Origin: a virus
Lineage: Duplodnaviria > Caudoviricetes
Reading direction: 5' to 3' (one strand)
Virus record (IMG/VR): IMGVR_UViG_3300037484_001115
Coordinates: 1 to 39,909 of that record
DNA length: 39,909 nucleotides
The notes under the pieces are model-generated. The model searched no databases and was not told where the DNA came from. It saw only the letters and a program-made list of their open reading frames with translations. A program made the translations under genes and the position numbers. Positions 18,290-26,048 of this stretch are shown here, one piece after another (positions within the stretch are counted from its first letter, which is position 1; each line of letters opens with the position of its first letter).

Positions 18290-19056
18290 TCGATTTTTTC
18301 CAAATTATAAAAAGGGTGATTTCGCATAAAATCAGGCAATAAATTCTTATCAAAAGGTACTGGGTCCCACCACCCTGTTCCATCTTGTTTAATTCCATTG
18401 GTAGGATGACAATCTTTTGGAGGGGGCCAAGCTAACCATTTCTCCTCGTACCAATTAGGTCGAAGTTCATCTTTGTGACCATGTAAACTAAGTTTATATT
18501 TCATTGTCTCATTTTTGATTGCGTAGCCGAAGTGTAAAATCTTACCAAAGTCAGTAGGGGAGATGTAATTAGTTCCATTTCGATGCCGAGTATCAATTAG
18601 TCTAACCGGCCACCCATCATCAAGGCAGGCGAAGTTGAACGATTTCCAAAAATGAATCATATTGCAGAGCCAGTTTCGACTAATGTTCCTATCCCATACT
18701 TCTTTGAGCATTTTTTCTAAAACATCGGGATAATGAATTTCATCATAGTCTAACACAAGCACAATGTCCGCGCCGGCCTCGGTTAAAGTCTTGACAGCAT
18801 AATCTCGTTGAGGGCCTTCATTCCAAAAACCATCAGTATCAACCCAAGTCAATTTGCCCCATTCATCTGCTGAAATAGAGGCCATTATTTCATCTCTGGA
18901 TTCAATTGGTTTCAAATCGGATGAATGTCCGTGTGATGGATGGGGCGTATGTAGAATGTACGACTTTTCTACAAAAGGAGAAACAGAACGAAGGGCATAT
19001 TGAAGGTACGAAGCTCCGTAATGCACGATGCTGTAGCTGAATATACGAGGGGACAT
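18286..19056 (-). CDS. Glycosyltransferase family 2-like
   Basis: YLQYALRSV.PFV, EGPQRD, VLDYDEI (DxD), HFGYA. Confidence 0.8.
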   Translation of the reverse strand: MSPRIFSYSIVHYGASYLQYALRSVSPFVEKSYILHTPHPSHGHSSDLKPIESRDEIMASISADEWGKLTWVDTDGFWNEGPQRDYAVKTLTEAGADIVLVLDYDEIHYPDVLEKMLKEVWDRNISRNWLCNMIHFWKSFNFACLDDGWPVRLIDTRHRNGTNYISPTDFGKILHFGYAIKNETMKYKLSLHGHKDELRPNWYEEKWLAWPPPKDCHPTNGIKQDGTGWWDPVPFDKNLLPDFMRNHPFYNLEKIE

Positions 19057-19835
19057 TATTCTGCCTCCTTTTTCTTTTCCGCAAAAAGTCTTTTTCTACT
19101 TTCACTTATTTTTCTTTTTGTTTCTTCGCTTCTAGGTTTTCCTTTTTTTGCCTCACTCATTTTTCTTATAGAATCAGAGGAATGTTTTCTTCCGGTACTA
19201 ATAGTTCTCAACCTATCTTTTTGTTCTTCGGTTAACTTTTTACCATAGCGATGATTTTTTGGTCCAAGTTGGGCATCTCCTATTTTCCTTTTATGTTCCT
19301 CTGACTTTTTTATACCCAATCCTCTACCTTTACTAGCAAGTTTTATTTTAAGTCTTGTTTCCTCGGATATAATTTTTCCTTCTTGTGCCTTCCCAATTTT
19401 TTTTCTAACTTCCTCTGGTCTAGGAACTCCCACATGACTTTGCATTGATTTTTTTATTTTTTCGCTATGTTCAGGAGATAACTTTTTGCCTTTTCTATGA
19501 CTTGGTTTTCCTTTAACTATTTCCCCAATCCCCCCTTCCCCTCCATCTGTTCCATTTGTCAATTTTAATCCAAATCTTCTACATTCAACGATCCAGTCTC
19601 TTTCAGCTTTTTCCCAAGTATCATTAGTACATTCCTCCAAAACTTCTATAAATGGTTCTAATTCCTCATTCAAAAGTTGACGAATCCAATTTAATCTATG
19701 GTTTCTGGAATTTGATAATTTAGCTTCTTCGATGTGGGTTTTTAATCTCTTGTCTAAGTTTTTTGTTTTACCAATATATCTTAATTGATAATTACGAGGG
19801 TCCCACAACCCATAAATGAAAGTTGTTTCCCTCAT
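19056..19835 (-). CDS. Free-standing GIY-YIG homing endonuclease with NUMOD3 repeats
   Basis: FIYGLWDP...YIGKT, RLKTH, AE, TNGTDGGEG, SEETKRKIS repeats. Confidence 0.9.
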   Translation of the reverse strand: MRETTFIYGLWDPRNYQLRYIGKTKNLDKRLKTHIEEAKLSNSRNHRLNWIRQLLNEELEPFIEVLEECTNDTWEKAERDWIVECRRFGLKLTNGTDGGEGGIGEIVKGKPSHRKGKKLSPEHSEKIKKSMQSHVGVPRPEEVRKKIGKAQEGKIISEETRLKIKLASKGRGLGIKKSEEHKRKIGDAQLGPKNHRYGKKLTEEQKDRLRTISTGRKHSSDSIRKMSEAKKGKPRSEETKRKISESRKRLFAEKKKEAE

Positions 19836-20053
19836 TGTTTATTGCCTTTTTGCAGATAAATTGCCCACAAAGCTAAAACAATAGCGGACAATAAAAAAGG
19901 AACAGTCTTATCAATATCAGATGATTGCATAAGAAACTGTCCCCAAACAAAAATTATTATACTAGCTAAAAAAACAAAATACTCATGTGATTTTGACATA
20001 CCCAACTCCTTATTGGGATTCAGATTGATTGTGACTACATTTATATCGTCCAA
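19832..20053 (-). CDS. Small 2-TM membrane protein
   Basis: Two hydrophobic helices; likely start MSKSHE after AAGGAG. Confidence 0.55.
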   Translation of the reverse strand: MDDINVVTINLNPNKELGMSKSHEYFVFLASIIIFVWGQFLMQSSDIDKTVPFLLSAIVLALWAIYLQKGNKQ

Positions 20054-20145
20054 GAGCCACCTTAGAATATCTTTACGTGTTGGCTACACATCCTAGTCAC
20101 CCGATATAAAATTATAGGTTCAAGTCACAATCAATCTTGTGAAAC

Positions 20146-20174
20146 ATTATAACATAAAAAATTTAGAATGTAAA
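20146..20174 (-). promoter_or_regulatory. Sigma70-type promoter for the glycosylation region
   Basis: TTTACA-17-TATAAT with TG extension, just after the terminator. Confidence 0.65.
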
Positions 20175-20178
20175 TTAG

Positions 20179-20210
20179 TTTAGAGAGGGAGAGCACTCTC
20201 CCTCTCTAAA
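20179..20210 (-). terminator. Strong hairpin after the capsid/endonuclease genes
   Basis: TTTAGAGAGGGAGAG-CA-CTCTCCCTCTCTAAA. Confidence 0.7.
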
Positions 20211-20217
20211 AGCTAGA

Positions 20218-21195
20218 TTAACACTGACCAGCCTTTTCTAAGGCTTCTCTTTCTCTTCGTCTTTTTTGAGCCGCTAACATTTTAGCTCTATATTCTGGAT
20301 TCTGCCATAAAGATTTTATATTTTGAGAATTCTTTATTCTTTGTTCCTCGGTCATTTTTCGACCTATATTGGCTAATCTCAATTTTTCTTTGGCAGATTC
20401 AGACATTTTCTGACCTTTTGACAATAAACCAATTTTCTTTTTTGTTTCTTCTGAGTGATGTTTTCCAAGATTAGCTTGCCGAAGTTTCTCTTTTGTTTCT
20501 TCTGAGACAGGTTTACCTAAATTAGCTTGTCGAAGTTTTTCAACATGTTCTGGTGATAATTTTCTACCTTTATGAGCTTTGCTTAGTTTTTTTCTTGTTT
20601 CATCTGAGACAGGTTTTCTTATAATCTTAGGAGGATTTCTTCTCACCCCTTCACTAATCTTTTTACGTATTTCATCTGTATGTTTGTACCAAGAATTATT
20701 AGTCTTAATCTTCTGTTTAGTTTCTTCTGTATGATGTTTACCATAAAAAGGATTATTTGGACCAGCTTGTGTTCCTTTTTTCTTCTCGCTTAATTTTCTT
20801 TTTGTTTCATCTGAATGATGATAATTACCTTTTGCTTGTCGGGCTTCTACTCTTTTTCTAATATGAAAGATTGATTGTTTTCGTCCTAACCAATCGGGAG
20901 GATTAGACCCCCCTTCAGCGACATTTAGTAAATTCAATCCTTCCAATCTACATTTTTCAATCCATCTTTTTTCTACTTCTTCCCAGTTATCTGCATTTGT
21001 TTTTTCAAGTATTTTAACTAAAGGGATATATCCGTTATCTATAAGTTCTTTTAGCCATTTTGCCTTTGAACTTATTTCCCCATTTTTAACAGTATTGATA
21101 TGTTCAAAAAGTCTATGTTTTGGATTTTTTGATTTTCCAACATATCTTAGTTCATCATTTCTTGGGTCATACAGTCCATAAATAAAAATCTGCAT
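20218..21195 (-). CDS. Free-standing GIY-YIG homing endonuclease with many NUMOD3 repeats
   Basis: FIYGLYDP...YVGKS, RLFEH, NVAEGG, NPFYGKHHTEETK, tandem KLRQANLGK repeats. Confidence 0.9.
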   Translation of the reverse strand: MQIFIYGLYDPRNDELRYVGKSKNPKHRLFEHINTVKNGEISSKAKWLKELIDNGYIPLVKILEKTNADNWEEVEKRWIEKCRLEGLNLLNVAEGGSNPPDWLGRKQSIFHIRKRVEARQAKGNYHHSDETKRKLSEKKKGTQAGPNNPFYGKHHTEETKQKIKTNNSWYKHTDEIRKKISEGVRRNPPKIIRKPVSDETRKKLSKAHKGRKLSPEHVEKLRQANLGKPVSEETKEKLRQANLGKHHSEETKKKIGLLSKGQKMSESAKEKLRLANIGRKMTEEQRIKNSQNIKSLWQNPEYRAKMLAAQKRRREREALEKAGQC

Positions 21196-21199
21196 AAAT

Positions 21200-21257
21200 C
21201 CTCCTATGATATAATCTTTTCCATAAAATTATATCATAGGAGGTATTCTATTGTCAA
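21200..21257 (-). promoter_or_regulatory. Promoter plus RBS-sequestering 16-bp hairpin of the endonuclease gene
   Basis: TTGACA (21252-21257)-18-TATAAT (21228-21233); perfect inverted repeat 21200-21215/21228-21243 containing AGGAGG. Confidence 0.75.
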
Positions 21258-21287
21258 TCCAACGCTATAAAAATTAGAATATCGATA

Positions 21288-22706
21288 CTAGCATTGTCCA
21301 GCACCCGATGACCCGTACAAAGTAGGCGGCAAAGTTGCACTACGCCCACCGCCTGGTGCGTACACTCGGCCACTACCTGAAGCATCGGGGAGGGGTTCCT
21401 GTACCACACTGCAACAGACATTTTGAAGCCGACCCGTTAATTGAGGCATTTCTGCCACCAATCTGGGCTTCATGTACATTTGAATATCGAAACAACCTCG
21501 GACATTGTCTCTGACTAAAGCGAACCGACCATTATCGGTGATTGCTATATCATCAGAACCAAACATAGCGGTAAGTTCGTTTCGCACTCGACCATAAGTC
21601 TTATTGAAATCTTGATACTGCCCATAAGTCACAGTGCGACCTGACAATTCGGTAGTGATGAAGTAGATGTCAGAACACACCCCATTGGCTTGACCAGTAG
21701 TCTCAGGAATTTGAGAATCAAGCACTACTGGATACCAGCGCCCATCAATCGGAATAGCCATCCGAGTCAGATATTCCTCATAACGAGCTTGAACCTGACT
21801 AGCATCAATGTTCAAAGTAGCTGCCGTCCGTAGACTGGTACAAAGGTCAACACCAGAACAAGCATACACTCTGGCAAAACAATCCCACTGATTAGGTGTC
21901 ATCACAATATACATCGTGGAGGTGTCCCAATCCAGACCAGCACCTTCGGCTCTCCGGCGGAATTGCTGAACCATTCTCCGCACTAACAACCGAGCACTAG
22001 TGGTTACACTATTATCGGCAGTCAAAGCTTGGAAGTTCACATTCATCAAGAAGGCGTCAATCGCATCGCAATACTGCTGGGTATAAGCATCAAATTTCCC
22101 GGTGTTGATAATGTTCTGGAAACCGTTGTATTCTTGATAAGCCCCAGTATTGTTGCCCGGGTTACCATTCCAGAGCATTTGAGCATTTTTGAGCCGAATG
22201 GCATAACCGACCAAAGCTGATTGAGTGTAGAAGTCATCACTAATTGCTGAACCCATCGGCACCAGCACTTCACCACCTGGACCAGAGATAGAACCAAACA
22301 AGTTCTTGATAGGTACTCCTGAATTAGCTCTAAGCCCAATGCGGTCGAATTGTAGTTCTTGGGATTGCCGACAGAAGCGACCAAAACAATAGAACTGGGC
22401 ACATGCCCGCATCGTGGTCGTTTTACAATCACCACAAACTGCACTCTGTTCACCTGAAGTAATAACAATGTCACTCCAAGCATCAACAAACTCTTTCTCA
22501 GTATCGGTGCCTGTCCACAAAAGATACTTTTCAAATCCAACCGGACCAACCAGAGCATTGATTAAAGTCATTGCCCCATCGCATCGACCGAACAGACCAC
22601 CTGCTTCATAAAGGTAACTTCCAATAGGCGTACCTCCCGCCTTTTGCCCTTGCCCTGCATATTGTCCTAATGCACGGGCAAGTTGTTGCAGAATTTCGTC
22701 AGCCAT
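21288..22706 (-). CDS. Major capsid protein (putative)
   Basis: 472 aa directly after protease/scaffold; AGGAG RBS; higher GC; LWNG...EYNGFQNII segment typical of HK97-fold capsids. Call rests mainly on synteny. Confidence 0.75.
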   Translation of the reverse strand: MADEILQQLARALGQYAGQGQKAGGTPIGSYLYEAGGLFGRCDGAMTLINALVGPVGFEKYLLWTGTDTEKEFVDAWSDIVITSGEQSAVCGDCKTTTMRACAQFYCFGRFCRQSQELQFDRIGLRANSGVPIKNLFGSISGPGGEVLVPMGSAISDDFYTQSALVGYAIRLKNAQMLWNGNPGNNTGAYQEYNGFQNIINTGKFDAYTQQYCDAIDAFLMNVNFQALTADNSVTTSARLLVRRMVQQFRRRAEGAGLDWDTSTMYIVMTPNQWDCFARVYACSGVDLCTSLRTAATLNIDASQVQARYEEYLTRMAIPIDGRWYPVVLDSQIPETTGQANGVCSDIYFITTELSGRTVTYGQYQDFNKTYGRVRNELTAMFGSDDIAITDNGRFALVRDNVRGCFDIQMYMKPRLVAEMPQLTGRLQNVCCSVVQEPLPDASGSGRVYAPGGGRSATLPPTLYGSSGAGQC

Positions 22707-22717
22707 TTCCTAAACTC

Positions 22718-25186
22718 CTATTTACCGAAAAAATGAGAGGCCCCAGATTGGTCTCCTGATTTTTGAGCCTCAAGAGGTTTCTTGTCTTTTAATGGGTCGC
22801 CATCTGCGACTATCGTCTTTTCGGCTTCACTAGCCCGCTGTACCAAACTCCAAACATATTTGGGAGATTCATCTTTCGCCTTCTGAGTCTCCTCAACCTT
22901 TTTCTCACTTAATTGAGCTTCCAATTCGGTGATTTTAGATTCTAAAGCCTTCTGATTAGTCACTAGAGAAGTCATCAGTTCTTGAATAGGTTGCCAATCA
23001 ATGGTCATCTTCTCGGCAACTTTCTGAACGATAACTTCTTCTGCTGGCACTTCAACAGGTTTTTCCTCGACTTGTTTCTCTTCTTTGACCTCTTCAACCT
23101 GTTCTGTTGAAGCCTCACCTTTGTGAGCTACTCCAGCCTCTTCCAATTCTTTGGTTTTGTCCTCTGCTGTCTTAACGATTTGCTTGGTCAATTCCTCGCC
23201 GAAAATAAGTTCGGCAGCTTTTTGTTGCTCTTTAGTCAGAGCCATAGTAATGCCTCCTTGAGTCCAAATATTTGCCGCCGCCAATTTCGGCAACGTGCTT
23301 GTTCTTGTTATCCAAACATTTTTATATATTCCGGTCTTTCGCTCTTCTGGCAAGTACCGATATTCTACACTACAGCCCCAACCTTCAGGGGCTAAATCAG
23401 GATGTCCTTCTGAGTATTGTTTGAAGAATTTAAAAGCTGCTTTACCTTTTTCTGTTTTGAGAAATGGACCACCCTCTACTAAAAATCGACCTATAACTCC
23501 TTGCCATTTCTTTTCTGCAAAATCGGTCAAATCAGGTTGAGCTTTTGTGCCAATGTGCCACAAATTAAAATAGCCTCTATCTTCTTTCTTTTCAGCTTCG
23601 ACTACATAACTCTCCAAAGATTTAGTGGAAAAGATTTCCTTCTCTCTATCCTGGAAAGCATTAGCTGACCAAGTCACATACCAATACTCATCACCTACCT
23701 TCTTAATACCGATAGAAGATTTACCTTCAAAGAACTTCATCATTGGGTGCTCTTCATCATCTTCCTCTTCTGGTTCAGCCCAATCCATAATCTCTTTAAT
23801 GGTGGCCCAAGCGGCTTTGAGTTTAGCCATCATTCCCTTTTGAATTTTCTTGCCGGCTTTCTCGTCTTCTTCCACAAATTCTTTTACCCCTATATTGCCA
23901 GTCAAAACAGGAGCAAATTCAATCTCTGCCCATTTGGATTTATCAGCAAATTTGGGCTTACTATTTTCATCTGTACCGTAAGTCACTTTATAAAATTTTT
24001 CACCTAATCTAACTAATACATAGTCTTTATAGATTTTGTGAACCCATGGTCTAGGTTTATATTCTTCTGCCATTGCTGACTTAGAGGAAGCAGGTATAAA
24101 TTGCATATCAAAAGAATTCCGAATAGCCATCATGTTTTCATCTAATGATTGTTCTTTTTCATCAGAGAAAACAGCTAAGGCTTTTTCTGCTATCAGTTGA
24201 GGTTCCTCTTGTTTGTCTTTTTCATCTGCCAAAACTTCTAAAGTCTTACCTTCTTCTTGGGTGACATTAACAGTTAAATTTATTTCACCCTCTGAAATGT
24301 CATCATCCTCAACCAGAGCCTCAACCAGAGCCTGAGCTAATTCTTTCTTACTGCGTTTAGGTTTCCCTGTGCCAGCTTTTTTGGGTTTGTCTCTTCCACC
24401 GGAACCTTGCACTGCCTTGTCTTCATCTTCTTTAGCATACAAAGCAGCTACTTGCATCGCCGCTTCCTCAGATGTCTCATGACAACCCATTAACTTTCCA
24501 TCGGCAATTTTAATAACTGCTTGTTTACCACAATCATCATGTTTACCAATCTTGTAAGGCTTGGTGCCTTCCGCCTTATCATTTTCCATTGTTACCTCCA
24601 TGTTTTTTTTTAATTTGAGTCTTGGAATTCGCACCAAGGCTAGTTGGTATAAAGGTAAAATCTCCTCAGTGACTTTGGTTTCATCGAAGGTGGCCGACAA
24701 AATCGGCATTACTTTAGAACCATCCAATCCTTCACAAAAGGTCACTTGCCCATCTTCCAAAGTCACTGCGTTGTCGTTTAAGATCAAAGTCTTGGGAAGC
24801 CTTTCGGCTTTTTCCAAAAGCTTAATTTCCTCATCTGTTAATTCTGGCAGAGGGACTAATTGAGCATCCCCATTATCAATTTCTACATCTTGACTATCTG
24901 TGAAAGGCAACCATTCTTTGAATCGATAAATATAAAATGATTTCTGGTCGGGCCATCTTAATTTGCGTTCCTCTGGTCGAGTACCGTGTTCCTCTTCTAA
25001 TCGTCCAAATTCTGACAGATTGATTTGAGAAGGTTTAGAAAGAACAATCTCCCCAAAAGCTTCTTGCCCTTCTTGCACAATCAGCATCTTTTGACCTTCC
25101 AACAAAAGATTAGGAGAAACAATTGCTTTTTGTTTGCCCTTCCAAATTAGATAACCGTGAGGTTTGATTAAGTCTAAATATTTCAT
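22718..25186 (-). CDS. Multidomain prohead protease/scaffold protein (ASCH-like N-terminus, acidic linker, protease-like domain, coiled-coil scaffold)
   Basis: Position between head morphogenesis gene and capsid gene; AFQDREKEIFS...LWH...WGCSVEY protease-like motifs; internal SD+ATG at 24589 and 23245. Confidence 0.65.
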   Translation of the reverse strand: MKYLDLIKPHGYLIWKGKQKAIVSPNLLLEGQKMLIVQEGQEAFGEIVLSKPSQINLSEFGRLEEEHGTRPEERKLRWPDQKSFYIYRFKEWLPFTDSQDVEIDNGDAQLVPLPELTDEEIKLLEKAERLPKTLILNDNAVTLEDGQVTFCEGLDGSKVMPILSATFDETKVTEEILPLYQLALVRIPRLKLKKNMEVTMENDKAEGTKPYKIGKHDDCGKQAVIKIADGKLMGCHETSEEAAMQVAALYAKEDEDKAVQGSGGRDKPKKAGTGKPKRSKKELAQALVEALVEDDDISEGEINLTVNVTQEEGKTLEVLADEKDKQEEPQLIAEKALAVFSDEKEQSLDENMMAIRNSFDMQFIPASSKSAMAEEYKPRPWVHKIYKDYVLVRLGEKFYKVTYGTDENSKPKFADKSKWAEIEFAPVLTGNIGVKEFVEEDEKAGKKIQKGMMAKLKAAWATIKEIMDWAEPEEEDDEEHPMMKFFEGKSSIGIKKVGDEYWYVTWSANAFQDREKEIFSTKSLESYVVEAEKKEDRGYFNLWHIGTKAQPDLTDFAEKKWQGVIGRFLVEGGPFLKTEKGKAAFKFFKQYSEGHPDLAPEGWGCSVEYRYLPEERKTGIYKNVWITRTSTLPKLAAANIWTQGGITMALTKEQQKAAELIFGEELTKQIVKTAEDKTKELEEAGVAHKGEASTEQVEEVKEEKQVEEKPVEVPAEEVIVQKVAEKMTIDWQPIQELMTSLVTNQKALESKITELEAQLSEKKVEETQKAKDESPKYVWSLVQRASEAEKTIVADGDPLKDKKPLEAQKSGDQSGASHFFGK

Positions 25187-25422
25187 TGACCCAACTGTTC
25201 TTTTAACTCTCTTACTCTTTGCTGTTGATACCCGTTTAATCTATAAGAACGCTGCGGAGAAGTTAAATAATCAAGTTCTGCTTTAGCTTGTCGGCGTTGA
25301 CTAGCTGATAATTTTCCGCGCCCTCCCCCAGCACAAAACTGTCCAGAACCAGCAGAGTGGCAGGTATTCATTTTTTCCCCATATTCTGTTATCCAATTAC
25401 TAAATGAAACTTTATTTTTCAT
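25183..25422 (-). CDS. Small hypothetical head-module protein
   Basis: NTCH...GQFC.GGG motif; GAGG upstream. Confidence 0.55.
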   Translation of the reverse strand: MKNKVSFSNWITEYGEKMNTCHSAGSGQFCAGGGRGKLSASQRRQAKAELDYLTSPQRSYRLNGYQQQRVRELKEQLGQ

Positions 25423-25424
25423 TA

Positions 25425-26012
25425 TTACCTCAATAAACCTACAGGGAATCGACCTTTAGTAACAGGGTCGTTGGTTGTCACTAAAGCACATTTGCAACCG
25501 CCTCTACACTCAAAATTCCAATTGTGAGGAGGTACAGCATTATATTTAATCCAAACCGAATAACGATACACTCTTCCATTCAAACCCTTACAACTTGAAC
25601 AATGTTCTTTTGCTGTCCCTAAATTGAAGCGGGCTTTTTGGTTTGAGCAAGCCATAGCATGACCATTGGCTTTAGCTTCTGAATATCTATCTACCCACAA
25701 ATTAACTCGACTAAATAAAGTCTCTATGTTGGGTTCATCTGATTTCTTGTTATCAACAATAGCCACCGTAAACCCAGGAATATATTCGTATTGATTTACT
25801 AGAAAATCATTAAGGACTTTTGTCTCTTCTTCTGAGTATTCATCTTCTCCAATACCACATTCAAGAGCGCCTTCTTTCCAAGCTTGCCTTAAATGCCGAT
25901 TGATAGCTTTTTCCATAGATTCGTCAAATTCACCCACATCTAAGACGCCTGTAAATAACCCTCTAACTGCTGCCCTTAAGCCTTTTCTAAATTGAGCTTC
26001 ACTCATTATCAC
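25425..26012 (-). CDS. Head morphogenesis protein (SPP1 gp7/Mu F-like)
   Basis: Follows portal; HCSSC..L.G...PP...C..GCKC.L motif. Confidence 0.65.
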   Translation of the reverse strand: MIMSEAQFRKGLRAAVRGLFTGVLDVGEFDESMEKAINRHLRQAWKEGALECGIGEDEYSEEETKVLNDFLVNQYEYIPGFTVAIVDNKKSDEPNIETLFSRVNLWVDRYSEAKANGHAMACSNQKARFNLGTAKEHCSSCKGLNGRVYRYSVWIKYNAVPPHNWNFECRGGCKCALVTTNDPVTKGRFPVGLLR

Positions 26013-26048
26013 CCACCGGGTAATGTTTTACTCTTGCACTTTCAGAAT

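Noticed and set aside
20440-20620. About 51-bp imperfect tandem repeats
   Set aside because: Explained by NUMOD3 coding repeats
9869-21195. Group I introns or inteins around the three GIY-YIG genes
   Set aside because: Flanking genes have their own starts and stops, spacers are too short for an intron core, and I saw no intein terminal motifs
22046-22558. 170-aa alternative-frame ORF in the capsid gene, and plus-strand ORFs over minus-strand genes (e.g. 10209-10661, 28352-28792)
   Set aside because: No RBS or motifs; expected from codon bias
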